DNA of 64,000 bases, from NCBI GenBank assembly GCA_918797485.1, contig CAKKNE010000004.1:310001-374000 (forward strand), read 5' to 3'. This stretch comes from Pelagomonas calceolata (taxonomy: Eukaryota). Position 1 is the first letter of the stretch, and each line of letters begins with the position of its first letter. The notes below the pieces were generated by a model. The model saw only the letters and a program-made list of their open reading frames with translations, did not search any database and had not been told where the DNA came from. Positions 11,008 to 21,443 of this stretch are shown here, in pieces. Made by a program: the position numbers and the translations under genes.

Positions 11008-11622
11008 CCCTTGAAGCAAATCAAGGGGGCGGGGTTTCGCGGCGACTGACTAGATCATTAGTCTGGGGAAGGATTCAGGGGAAGGGTCTGTAGCGCGGCG
11101 GGGCGGCCGCGTTGTATCACGGCGAGGACCGCCGCGTTGTGTCGCCGGGCGCGCCCGGCGGCTGAGAATCATCAATAATGCGCGACGACGTCGTGATGAA
11201 GCCCGGCGCGGACGCGAAGAGGCCGAGGCCCCCGCCGCCGAAGGCCGAGTAGGTCGCCGAGAAGCCCGAGCCGTAGTCGCGCGGCGGAGCCGTAGTCGCA
11301 GAGCCGCGCGGCATTTTGGGCGGCACAGTACCACCACTAGCGAAGAGGCCACCGAGGTTCGGATGGGACGCGCCGACTTGTGGAGGAGGCGGCGCCGCGG
11401 CGGGCGGGCCGGGCGCGCCGAAGGCGCCAGGCGCCGCGGCGTAGGTCCGACACAGAGAGCTGGTTTGAACTCGATGAGTGCAGGGCGGGCCTCACAGGTT
11501 TGGTGGTTCTTTGACGGCGTCTCGCCAATACTTTACACGTCGCGCGTGGCCCCAGGGAGGCCGCTCACTGGCCGCGCGGCGGCTTTGACTCGGCTTGAAA
11601 AACCCGATTATTTTTTGCCCAG

Positions 11623-11985
11623 GAGTCTCTCATAACGCTCAAGGCAGCCAACAACTACGCGGCATCCCTTGTTGATTTACAGAGCTTCGAAGAAGCCAAG
11701 CAGCTGCTGCGCAAAATAATGGCCATAGCGCGACGCGTTCTTGGGGACAGGCATAGACTCACGCTCAAGATGAGGTGGACTTTCGCGACGGCGCTCTGCC
11801 GGGCCGACGGCGCGACGCTCGACGATGTCCGCGAGGCCGTGGCGACGCTCGTGGAGACGGAACGGACCGCGAGACGCGTGCTTGGTGGCGCGCATCCGCT
11901 CACATCGGGAATTGAGAACAATCTACTACTCGCGCGAGCCGCGCTCCGCGCCCGCGAAACGCCTTCGTCGCCGGGGAGTGCTTGA
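11623..11985 (+). pseudogene. Orphan C-terminal fragment of a TPR (kinesin-light-chain-like) protein
   Basis: TLKAANNYAASL...ARRVLGDRHRLTL...ARRVLGGAHPLT repeats; no plausible upstream ATG or N-terminal part. Confidence 0.5.
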
Positions 11986-12017
11986 GCCCTAGCAAGACTA
12001 AAAAACAGTATCAAACG

Positions 12018-12446
12018 TTACGTGCCCACCGCCGTCGGCGCTTTCGACGCCATCGGCGCTGCGGCCTTCTTCTTCGCAGCTATTCGCCTCGACCGCCGCA
12101 CCGTCTTCGGCCGTCGTCGGCGCGGGCGCGCAGGCGTCTCCGGCGCCGGCGTGGCGTCGTCGGCGCACCGCCGGGACCCCGCGGACGGCGCCTCGAGCGT
12201 GTCGCACACGGCCGCCGCGGCCCGCTTCTCGCGCGGCGGCCGCAGCGGCGTGTGCGGTGCTACAACCGCCGGCGCCGTCGATCGCACGTCGTCGCGCCGC
12301 GACGCGTCATCACACCGGCGCTTGGAGCCGGCGGCACCGCAAGGCAGAGCCATGAAGCACCTCGCGCAGCGGCAGTGGTCGCAGCGGCGGCGGCCGCGAC
12401 CATCTACGACGCCGCAGAGCGGACAGGTGAAGCGCGGCGGGGCCAT
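12018..12446 (-). CDS. Small Cys-rich hypothetical protein
   Basis: MAPPRFTCPLCG...CDHCRCARC, basic C-terminus VRRSRRIAAK. Confidence 0.35.
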   Translation of the reverse strand: MAPPRFTCPLCGVVDGRGRRRCDHCRCARCFMALPCGAAGSKRRCDDASRRDDVRSTAPAVVAPHTPLRPPREKRAAAAVCDTLEAPSAGSRRCADDATPAPETPARPRRRRPKTVRRSRRIAAKKKAAAPMASKAPTAVGT

Positions 12447-13104
12447 GGTTTTGAAATGCGCAGCCTGACGACGGTCGCGCCGTCGAATGCGTGTTGGCGC
12501 CCAGTGCAGTGCTGCGGGCCAATTCCAGTCGTCACGCCACGAGCTGTGGTTGCGCGTGCGATTACTAAATGGTTCGAGGGGCACGCAACAGAATCCACGG
12601 CAGTAATGGTGCGATGGTGAGTGCAGATAACGCGACAGGCGCGCACCAGTTGTGAGAGCTAATTTGAGTGAGACGGCTGAATCTCGTGACGGCTTCGGAC
12701 GGCGTTGGCTTCGTCGCGAGACGGTTGACGACCGACAAGGACGTATACTGGGTTTCGGCTCTTTCCGGCGGGTTTTGGCGGCACGAGAATCGACTTTGTG
12801 CAGCTGTTTTTGAGCGCCTCCGTCGCTTGTCAGACCCGCAGGCGTTCGCAACGTCTCGCTGCCACCGCGACGACAGCGCGTGAGCAGAAAGAAGCGGTCC
12901 CAGGAGAGGCCCCAGGGGCTCCCAGGACCGCCTGCAGCCGCCGGGCAGTCGACACCGCGCGCGACCGGCGCGCAAGCTGCAAGCGCCGCCAGGCGAACCC
13001 TGGCGCGCTACGCCGCGCGGGCAGCGAGCCCGCGCCTCGTCTACGCCGACGGCGCGCGGCCCTTCCCGAGGCGGCCGCGGCGCATGTTTGCCAGGAGGAG
13101 AGGC

Positions 13105-13735
13105 ATGGGGCGGCATGATGTGACGCTGATCTGCCTGCAGATTTTATGTTTGCAGTGCCTCTACTATGCGATGCTGGGGGTCTGGTTCATTGGAGGGCAC
13201 ATTGTTTTTGGGATCACATTACATTTGGACCGTTTTTTCGACACGCACACGTCGTTGGATGTCCAAAGCATGTCGGCGGCCTTTGAATTGGCGGGCGTCC
13301 TCGGGGCTGGCATGGGCGCGGCCTATTTGTTGGCGGTGGTCGTGGAGAAGGCAAGAAAGTGCCTCGACTTCGCGGTCTGACTCGGCGTCTGTTTCTGACC
13401 TTTTCTGAACTTCAAGTTCGCGTCGATGGCGTCAACGCGACGCGATGCCACCGTGACGCCGTCGACGTGGCCGTCAGAGCGTCTACGCGTCTCGTGAATG
13501 TGCAGAAGTGGTTTCGTGACGACGTCGTTCAACGCAGGTGACGTTGTATGGGACCCACTTGTTACTCTCGCTGTGCTACTCTCGAAGTTTCCCGCGCTGG
13601 ACGTGGTGGCTCTGCCACGGCTGCGCGTTGGTGGTTGCCGTCGTCTGCGGCGAGTTCCTCTGCGCGCGGAACGAGTTGAAGGAGATCCCTCTGGCAGTTG
13701 TGCCCGGGGAACGGACGCCTAAGGCCGAGAGATAG
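13105..13735 (+). CDS. SYS1: SYS1 Golgi integral membrane protein; exons 13105-13374, 13538-13735
   Basis: QILCLQCLYY, VEKARKCLDFA|VTLYGTHL, FP..WW and GEFLCARNELKEIPL match the SYS1 pattern after splicing. Confidence 0.85.
13375..13537 (+). other. Intron (163 nt), degenerate introner
   Basis: GTCTGA...ACGCAG, phase 0; contains the family motif CGCGTCGATGGCGT. Confidence 0.8.
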
Positions 13736-13789
13736 GACTAGCGGGCGGGACCCCGGGGGGGAGACACCGCGCGTCGCCGATTCATCGGC
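13733..13789 (+). repeat. 3'-associated repeat family, copy 2 (overlaps the SYS1 TAG stop)
   Basis: TAGGACTAGCGGGCGGGACCCCGGGGGGGAGACACCGCGCGTCGCCGATTCATCGGC matches copy 1. Confidence 0.8.
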
Positions 13790-13860
13790 CGTGCCGCAAG
13801 TCTTGCCGCGTTCTAAAGGCTTAAGTCGACGGGATATGTGCAAACAATTACATACTAGTA

Positions 13861-16122
13861 CTAGCGCGCCGCGACGACGGCATCATCAACGAGCGCCTCC
13901 TCGCGCACCCCTCCTTCCACCAACGCGTCGGCGACGGCTCTAGCTTTCAGCACCACTTCATTCCACTCTTCCTCCGTGTCCGATAGGGCCGTCAGAGCGC
14001 CGCCCGCCGCCACGTCCAAGCGCGGCTTCGAGTTCAAGCCCGATAAAACGGCAGTGCGTATGACGACGTTGAGGTCGGCACTACCATCAAAGCCAAAGAA
14101 CCCCAGACACCCGGCGTAGCAGCCTCGCGCTCGCCCCTCGAGGTCGTCCAAAATCTCGCAGGTCCGCCTCTTCGGCGCGCCCGTCATGCTTCCGGGAGGG
14201 AAGGCCTGTTTGACGACGTCCACGGTACTCGTAGACGCGGTCCCCTCGACCGTCGTGACGAGCTGGTGCACCGTGGCGAAGGACTCCAAGGCACACAACT
14301 CCGTCACATTGACACTACCCAATTCACAAGAACGGCTCAGGTCGTTGCGGAGGAGGTCCGCGATCATGAGGTTTTCCGCATTTGATTTGATACAATTTTG
14401 CAGCGTCAGGGCGCTCCGGAGGTCCTGAGTAGCATCATCGTAGCGCGCCGCCGTGCCCTTGAAGGGCCGCGCCTCCACGCGTTTTGTCGCGGCGTCAATA
14501 GATAGGAAGCGTTCGGGGGACGAACACAGTACGGCCACGTCATCGAGCTTGAGATACGCAGCATGCGGCGCCGGGTTTTGTTTTCGTAGCGCCTCGTACC
14601 ACGTCAGGGGGTCGCCCACGTGATCCAACTCCGCGCCAAAGGTCGTCGTGAGACAGACTTCGTACGAATCGCCGGCGTCGATCGCGGCGCGGGCCCTTGC
14701 CACTCTTTTAGCGTAGGCGCGCTTCGACATGTGCGGTCTTAATGATATCTCGCGCCTCGCGAACTTTTTTGGTGTAGGCTTTGCTGCTCGGACGGCGGCC
14801 TCGGCCGTCCGACGCCAGGCGCCGTCGTAGTCCGTGCCACGTTGTTGTAATTCGAGGATCCACACAGTACTGTCCTGGACCACAACGGCGCGACCGCACC
14901 GGATGAACGCGGCGTCGGGCTCCGGCGCCGATTTCTCGGACGTCTCGCCGGGGTAGTCGGCCGTCTCTCGTCTTACCTCATAGCCCAGGTAGCCGACGAG
15001 GCCCAGGCGGAAGGCGAAGGGTAAGTTTACCTGGGAACCGGTCTCATCTACGACAATATCGTGCGCCATGGTTGATAACTCGCCCTGGACGTGGTCCAGC
15101 ACGTCTCCTCTCAAAACCTCACCGTCACGATGCGTGATACCGCCGCGCAACGACGTTCTATGAGTCAGCACGGCCCCAAACGGCCCGCCCGCATCACCCA
15201 ACACCGACGTGTTCCTCCCATCCAGCCAAAAGCCGTCCTCCGCGAATAAGGAACGGTGCACGGCCGCCGCGTCCACACCGTCCACGTCTAAACGCGTCGC
15301 GCGCGTCACGAAGGACGATGTTGATGTAGGTACGTGCTTTTGGATAGAAGGCACGAGTGGCCGTCTTCGAGACCGCTCCCGCACCACATCGAGAAAGTTC
15401 GCCGCGATTGATGAACCGCGCGGCGTCGCCACCGACTCCGGATGGAACTGCACACCGTACCTCGGTTTGGCGACGTGCTCGACGGCGAGCACGTCGCCCT
15501 CCCTCAGCCCTCGCGCCGTGATGCGGAGGTCGCTGTTTGTTAGAGATGACTCGTCTACTGTCAGGGAGTGGTAGCGCGTGGCTTCAAAGCCTTGCTCCAT
15601 GCCTTTGAATAGTCTGGAACCAGTGTGGGCTACTCTGCTTACCAAACCGTGCTGTGGTTCTTGTAAACGTTTCACGGCACCGCCCTCACTCAGTGCGAGG
15701 AATTGATGGCCCAGGCAGACGCCTAGGACCGGCATGTCGTCCGCGTGTCGCAGGCACTGGTGTAGTGTACGAGGCACGTGGGCCGGGTGGCCCGGCCCCG
15801 GTGATAATACCAACGCGTCGTACTTCCTTAAGAGTGCTGCGGCGTCTTTGTTGAGTTGTTCCTCGAACGCGGCGTCGTCGGCGGCGACGACCTCTGGTGT
15901 GGCGCCCGCATCGTGCAGCCAGCTCGCGACGTTGTGCGTGTAGCTGTCGTGGCAGTCGACGAGGAGGACTTTAGGTCTTTGCGAGTGGTGCAGCGCTGAC
16001 GCTGACCGTGTCAACAAGGTGAAAGCCAGCGCCAGCCGCGCCGGGCGCGAGTGCTGCAGCGCTGACGCCGTCAGTGTCAATGTGAAGCCCAGCGACGCCA
16101 GCCGCCCCGGGCGTCGCCGCAT
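13861..16122 (-). CDS. pabAB: Bifunctional aminodeoxychorismate synthase (PabA-PabB fusion), probably plastid-targeted
   Basis: GATase motifs DSYTHN, LSPGPGHP, LGVCLGHQ, RYHSL, QFHPES; chorismate-binding domain SYEVCLT, SSPERFL, AENLMIADLLRNDL, PPGSMTGAPK. Confidence 0.92.
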   Translation of the reverse strand: MRRRPGRLASLGFTLTLTASALQHSRPARLALAFTLLTRSASALHHSQRPKVLLVDCHDSYTHNVASWLHDAGATPEVVAADDAAFEEQLNKDAAALLRKYDALVLSPGPGHPAHVPRTLHQCLRHADDMPVLGVCLGHQFLALSEGGAVKRLQEPQHGLVSRVAHTGSRLFKGMEQGFEATRYHSLTVDESSLTNSDLRITARGLREGDVLAVEHVAKPRYGVQFHPESVATPRGSSIAANFLDVVRERSRRRPLVPSIQKHVPTSTSSFVTRATRLDVDGVDAAAVHRSLFAEDGFWLDGRNTSVLGDAGGPFGAVLTHRTSLRGGITHRDGEVLRGDVLDHVQGELSTMAHDIVVDETGSQVNLPFAFRLGLVGYLGYEVRRETADYPGETSEKSAPEPDAAFIRCGRAVVVQDSTVWILELQQRGTDYDGAWRRTAEAAVRAAKPTPKKFARREISLRPHMSKRAYAKRVARARAAIDAGDSYEVCLTTTFGAELDHVGDPLTWYEALRKQNPAPHAAYLKLDDVAVLCSSPERFLSIDAATKRVEARPFKGTAARYDDATQDLRSALTLQNCIKSNAENLMIADLLRNDLSRSCELGSVNVTELCALESFATVHQLVTTVEGTASTSTVDVVKQAFPPGSMTGAPKRRTCEILDDLEGRARGCYAGCLGFFGFDGSADLNVVIRTAVLSGLNSKPRLDVAAGGALTALSDTEEEWNEVVLKARAVADALVEGGVREEALVDDAVVAAR

Positions 16123-16224
16123 CACGTTGCAGGGCCTGCACGTAGCCAATGCGATCTGCAGGGCTATGCCAAGGTGAGCTAGAATGCTATGTGACGAACG
16201 AGTCGTCAGGCACAAAATTGACGC

Positions 16225-16254
16225 TTGCTAGTGTCTTACAGCCGCTAGCTCACG
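16225..16254 (+). promoter_or_regulatory. Conserved CTAG-based motif in a divergent promoter
   Basis: Near-identical to 10978-11007; lies between the pabAB start (-) and the 16404 start (+). Confidence 0.65.
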
Positions 16255-16403
16255 GCCGAGTTTTTATGCTCAAACTCGCCAGGCTTCGCGTGTTGTCCAC
16301 GAAGGACTCGTCTGGACAACCATTGGAACCGCCTTAATCGAACCTCCAAGCGCTGGCGCGAGAAATGACTATTTAGCACTCAATTTTTGCCTGACCTAAG
16401 GAC

Positions 16404-17835
16404 ATGGCGTCGCTACGCGTTGCACTGCTCCTCGCCATCGCCCAAACAGCGCGCGCAAGAAGCGCGACGCTCGCCGCGATCGCGTCAAACGCCGACTACG
16501 CGAATCGGCTCTACGGCTCATCACACGCCGTCGACCCGGCAAGACTCCGGGTCGTCTGGCCGGACCTCATGCCGCCGAAACTCCGGGCGGCGTTGCGCGT
16601 CGAGTGCGGGCAGACGCGGCAGACGCTCTTCTACGAGCGCCACTTCCTGCAGCGGCGCGCTTTGTGGGTGCACCGGCCGCCCGGCTTTGAGGAGGTCTTC
16701 GCGGACAAGTCGTGGGTCGAGGTGACACACTGCGCCTACGGCACAAATAAGACTGCCGGCCCGTTCTTCTTCGCGGCGGCGGGAAGCGGGGTCTTGATCT
16801 GTGCATAAATCAACCAGTGCGTCGGGCGCACGAACGCGTCGTGAAATTTTGATTTATGCACAGGTCTGGATCAACGTGGGCCGCTCGCTAAGGCTCGACT
16901 TCGAGGCCAAGGCAGGCCCGGCGATCCACCGCGCCATCGCCGACGGCGACTTCGCGACGGCGGCGCGGCTGCTCGGCGGCGTCGACGTCACGAAATACGA
17001 CAGCGTGCAATTCCGCCGCATGCACGGCGGCACGTGGCCGGCGGACGTCGTCCTGACCGAGATCGCGTTCCTGAAAATAGACGGGTCCGAGGCCGACGCC
17101 GTGTCGGTGTTCCACCACGTCCTCAAGTGCGGGCCCCGGCGCGCCTTGCGGCACTGCCGCGCCGGCGACGTGGCGGTCGCCCTGCAGAGCGACTGTCGTC
17201 TATCTCTTATCAACGACGTATTCACACCGCACGCAAATAAACATGGCCACACGCCCCTCACGGACGTCGTGCCATCTCGAGGCGTGCGCGACGTGCTCGA
17301 GCGCTCGCGGTGCACCGTCGAGAACTGCTCGGCGGCCGCGGCGCGGGCCGGTTGGTGGGAAGCGCAAATTTCCGAGTGGGACGCACAAATTCCCGAGGCC
17401 GAGGCCGCCGTGGAGCGGCAACGCCAGGTCGTCGCGGAGCGCCGGGCGAAGCGCGACCGCGCCGCGCAGAGGCGCGAGAACGATCCTGGCAACAAAAAGT
17501 ACGTCGCGGACCTGAAAAGTGCCGAGGCGTCCGTGGCCTACAACCTCGAGAAGCTCCGCAACGCCACGGACCACGTTGACTATGTCCGGGCCAAGACCGA
17601 GGCCGCGCGGCAGCGCGCGCGCCTGGCCGAGGCACACCGCCTCGCGTGCGTCGGGGGCGACGATGAACTTCCCGTCGTCGGAAGGCGCCCGGAAGCCGGC
17701 TGGGGCGGCCTGCTCTACCGCTTCATGATCGGCGCGGAAACGACGTTGATCGTGCTCCTGCTGTGGGTCGCCGCGGCTGGTCGTGCTCCTGCTGTGGGTT
17801 GCGCCCGCGGCGGGAATATTAAAATAAGCATCTAA
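16404..17835 (+). CDS. Hypothetical secreted or type I membrane protein; exons 16404-16790, 16864-17835
   Basis: Signal peptide MASLRVALLLAIAQTARA; splice gives AAAGSG|VWINVGRS; coiled coil and hydrophobic segment near the C-terminus. Confidence 0.7.
16791..16863 (+). mobile_element. Introner element, variant TIR
   Basis: Perfect 15-bp TIR CTGTGCATAAATCAA / TTGATTTATGCACAG; TSD GTCTTGAT / GTCTGGAT. Confidence 0.9.
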
Positions 17836-17962
17836 ATAGTATTCCATAGCCCGGCCGGTGAGCATCAAAGCCACGGATACGCCCAGTTGCGTAGGTCCTA
17901 GGGAAGGAATCCCACGCCATCGAGCAGACGAAAAAAAAACGGCAAACGCTAGTTAGGAATCC

Positions 17963-20023
17963 TCAGTACGCATTCTCGCGCGCGCGGGGCTTCTGCCAGG
18001 AGAACTTCGAGAAGGCGGGACTCTTCGGCACCGTCGGCTGGCGCTTTTTGCGGTTCGCGTGCGTCCCGCGCCGCAGCGGCGCGTAGGCCCGCGACGCCTT
18101 CGTGTAGGCCTTGGACCGCGCCGTGTCCCTCAAATAGGAGGGCCCGCCGCTGTCGTCGCTTCTACGTAGTCTCCCGTGGGTCACGCGCGGCGGCAGGTCC
18201 GGCGCGCGGCCCGCGTCCCGCGAGATCTGGTTCGCAAACGTCCGCGCGGGCGGGTCCGGTGACGGCGGCCGCGGCGGCGCGCGCTGCGGCGGCGCCGGGC
18301 GCTCGCGGTGCTCGCAGGGCAGGGGCGCGGGCGGGCGCCGCGGCAGCTCTTGTACAGGAGGCGGCGGCGTCGGCTCCTGGTAGACGTAGGCCGGCGCCGG
18401 GGCGGGCGGCGCGTACCGCTTCGATTCCGTATGTTCGCGGAATCGCTGCGACAGCGGGTCGCTCCGCCGCTTCGGGAGCTCGGCGGCGGCCTCGCGGAAG
18501 GCCCGCGAGATGGGGTCGTCGCGGCGCCGGCGAGGCGCCGCGTCGCGCGCGGCCTCGACGCGCGCCCTCGCTTCCCGCCTCTGTTGCGCTTCCCGCTCCC
18601 GCGCGTTCGCCTCTTCTCGTGCGCGGATCTCGCGCTCTCTTTCTCTTCGCTCGCGCTCCCGCTCCAGCTCGCGCTCGGCCCGTCGCGCTTCCTCCCTCGC
18701 TTTGGCTTCGGCCTCCCGCGCGCGCTGCGCCGAGGCCTCGACCTCGCGCCGCGCTTCCGCGTAGGCGTCCCGCCTACTCGACTCGCGCCGCGGCGGCTTC
18801 TCCTCGCGCCGTCGTTGCCGCTCGACCGCCCGTCGAGCCTCGTCAGAAGCGCCCTTCGAGTACAACTTCGAAGACCCGGACCGCCGCGCGTCGCCGTCGC
18901 GCTGCGACGATGTCGTAGAACTACGCTTTGGTGAGGGGTCGTAGGCCCGCACCTCGTCGATGATCGATTGCTTGAGGTCCTCCGCGGCCAGGTCCTTGTA
19001 CTCGAAACGGAAATCGGCCTCCGGCGCGTCCGGCTCCTTGATGGGTAAAGGATCAGCATAAGACAACGTGCGGAAGTAGTCATGTTCCAACAAGTCGACG
19101 GCCGCACTTCTATCGGTCGAAGAATAAGCTAATAGTTTTTCTAGCACGTCATGGGCCGCGCGATGCGCCTTCGGGAACACCTTGCTAAAAGGCACCTTGG
19201 GCTTGCCCTTGACGGTCTCGAGGAACTTGCGCGCTTGCTTATTCCTCACGGCCTTCGCTCGTTCCGGAGACGGCGCGCCGATGACGTCGAAGATGAGTTG
19301 TAGTTGATGGACAAAGTTTTTCCCCGGAAACAGGGGTCTTCTTCCCAACAATTCGGCAAGAATGCACCCGACGGACCACATGTCTACACTGTTCGTATAG
19401 CGTCCATCAGGAGCGAGCATGAGCTCCGGAGGCCGGTACCAGCGCGTGACCACATGTTGGGTCATCGGGCCCGCATCCACATCGCCGCCCTGGCCCCGCG
19501 AGCATACGGACTGCAGTCGTGCAAGTCCGAAATCCGTGATCCGCAGTTCACAGGCCCGCGTCACTAATAAATTCCCGGGCTTGAGGTCCCTGTGTATGAT
19601 ACCTCTCTCATGCATGTATTTACAACCTCGCACCAACTGGTACATGAAGAAGCGGTGGTGGGCATCCGTCAGGTCCTGCGGCGACTGGATGATGCGATGG
19701 AGGTCGCTATCCAGGAGCTCCATGGCTATATACAAAGCGTTTTCCCTCACGTCGCAGAATAAATCTCGGACACCTAATATATTCGCGTGGCCGCCTAGTA
19801 ATTTCATGCACCGTATCTCCCTCAGGGCATGTTTGGCATCGGAAGCGTGGCCGGACATGGGCTTTATTCTCTTGATGGCGACCTTTTTTTTCGTCTCGGA
19901 ATCGGTGGCGCTCACTACTACGCCATACGAGCCTCGTCCTATCACTTTAAAGCCGCCGTACCTCGGTCTTACACTAAATGACGTGCCTCCCACGGACACA
20001 CTCACTAAGCCGCGGGTGGTCAT
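17963..20023 (-). CDS. MAP kinase with an atypical TQH activation loop and a long charged/Pro-rich tail
   Basis: GRGSYGVV, VAIKRI, HRDLKPGN, DFGLAR, MTQHVVTRWYRPPE. Confidence 0.92.
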   Translation of the reverse strand: MTTRGLVSVSVGGTSFSVRPRYGGFKVIGRGSYGVVVSATDSETKKKVAIKRIKPMSGHASDAKHALREIRCMKLLGGHANILGVRDLFCDVRENALYIAMELLDSDLHRIIQSPQDLTDAHHRFFMYQLVRGCKYMHERGIIHRDLKPGNLLVTRACELRITDFGLARLQSVCSRGQGGDVDAGPMTQHVVTRWYRPPELMLAPDGRYTNSVDMWSVGCILAELLGRRPLFPGKNFVHQLQLIFDVIGAPSPERAKAVRNKQARKFLETVKGKPKVPFSKVFPKAHRAAHDVLEKLLAYSSTDRSAAVDLLEHDYFRTLSYADPLPIKEPDAPEADFRFEYKDLAAEDLKQSIIDEVRAYDPSPKRSSTTSSQRDGDARRSGSSKLYSKGASDEARRAVERQRRREEKPPRRESSRRDAYAEARREVEASAQRAREAEAKAREEARRAERELERERERREREREIRAREEANAREREAQQRREARARVEAARDAAPRRRRDDPISRAFREAAAELPKRRSDPLSQRFREHTESKRYAPPAPAPAYVYQEPTPPPPVQELPRRPPAPLPCEHRERPAPPQRAPPRPPSPDPPARTFANQISRDAGRAPDLPPRVTHGRLRRSDDSGGPSYLRDTARSKAYTKASRAYAPLRRGTHANRKKRQPTVPKSPAFSKFSWQKPRARENAY

Positions 20024-20478
20024 CCTGTACTGGTGTTTGCTTGTGCGTTTACGAGTGCAGCGGTCGGCTGCCGCGGCGCGGTCTCTGGCGTCTCACGGAC
20101 GCGGCGGCGGGCGCGCGCAACCGTGCAGCTCCGTTGGCCGGTGCTGGGGCGCGCGGGGCAGCCTTCACGTCGACCGGCGGGGCAGTTTTTGTCTCACCAA
20201 CTGAATCCCACTAGTTCGGTCGTGGCGCGGCAGACGGGTCGTCCAGGCCCTCCCGCGGGACCTTTCCGCGGACGAATGCTGTAGTTTCAGATCGATTGCT
20301 TGCGTGCGGGTACACACTCAGACAGGCAGAGCATAACTTTGTTGTGTCCGTCAGCATCCACGGGGCATTGCTCGAGGTCAAACGACTGCTGTAGGCCGTC
20401 TACGAACGGTGTAGAAGCGCTTGTCAGAAGACCGCGTTCACGCAGCGCAGCAGCTCGGCCAAAACTGTGCGATCCAGC

Positions 20479-21293
20479 ATGCTCCGCATCAGTCTCTTGC
20501 TCGCCGGCGCGCGCGCGCTCCAGGCGCCGCCGCGCGCGCACCGCGCGACGCACTTGCGCGCTGCCGAGGCCGCTTTAGCCGTCGACGCGGCCGACGCGTT
20601 CGACCAGTTCGGCGTCGCCGCCGTCGCCGCCTCGGCCAAGCTGGCGTCGCAGGACCCGGCCGGCGAGAAACCGAGCGACGCCCAGACGCGCGGTGTTGTT
20701 TTAGCTACGGCCGCGGCGGGCGCCGTCGCCGTGCTCGCGGCCGCGCCGAAGACGGCGCGCGCGTCGATCGCCGAGCCGGTCCAGCCCGCCGTGGCGAGCG
20801 GCATCCCGAACAAGCTCGCGCGGCAGCTGCTGCAGATCGAGCGGCTGAACGTCGACTCCAACGGCTCTGGAGACAGAAGGACGCACAAGCCGCGCCTGGA
20901 CATCTCGGGCAACTCCGCGAAAGTGTGTATTGACGGCTACGAGCCCGAGGGCAGCGATCGGGTCCAGTTCATCTGGCTCAAGAACGAAGAGGCGGACGCG
21001 ATTGTGGCGGCGAAGGTTTGATGCTGTGTGGAAATCAAACCATCGACGCGACGTCGTCCCCCTGACTGTATCTGCTCGATGGCGTGGAGATTCTAAGCCA
21101 TCGACGCGACGTCGTCCCCGTGATGCATCTGCTCGATGGTATAACTCACTGGTCGATTTCCACACAGGAATTCCCCGAGAACTTCAAGGGCACGCCCATG
21201 CTGTCTTGCAGCGTGACTCCCGGTAGAACGTACGCGCCGTGCGCGTACTTCACGACGCACGGGCTGTGGCTCGGTAGGTCGGAGACGGCGTAG
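20479..21293 (+). CDS. Plastid (possibly lumen) protein with a desulfoferrodoxin/superoxide-reductase-like C-terminal domain; exons 20479-21015, 21168-21293
   Basis: Signal peptide ending ARA-L, second hydrophobic segment ending TARA; THKP, VQFIWLK and HGLW resemble the SOR fold. Confidence 0.6.
21016..21167 (+). mobile_element. Introner element with an internal tandem duplication
   Basis: GT 8 nt before TIR CTGTGTGGAAATC; ends GATTTCCACACAG; CCATCGACGCGACGTCGTCCCC...TCTGCTCGATGG occurs twice. Confidence 0.9.
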
Positions 21294-21370
21294 TGGAGTG
21301 CTCTCGGGAGTAACTCAACATTACGTTAGTTCTGGACACATTTGGGGGGGACTAGACTTGGAGGGGTGGG

Positions 21371-21424
21371 CCCGCCGGTCGGGTCCGCGGCGAAAGGGCG
21401 CCGCGGGCCGTCACAGAGGCAGGG
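21371..21424 (-). promoter_or_regulatory. Putative SECIS element (GUGA_CC_GA type)
   Basis: Minus strand CCTGCC-TCT-GTGAC-GGCCCGCGGCG-CCCTTT-CGCCGCGGACC-CGAC-C-GGCGGG: helix I, UGAC/CGAC quartet, 11-bp helix II with one mismatch. Confidence 0.5.
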
Positions 21425-21443
21425 CTGAGGGAAAGCGAGGGCT

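Noticed and set aside
13861..16215. Bacterial contig or recent HGT suggested by pabAB, hslO and gabT
   Set aside because: These genes have eukaryotic targeting peptides, host-like composition and, for gabT, an intron, and they sit among clearly eukaryotic genes.
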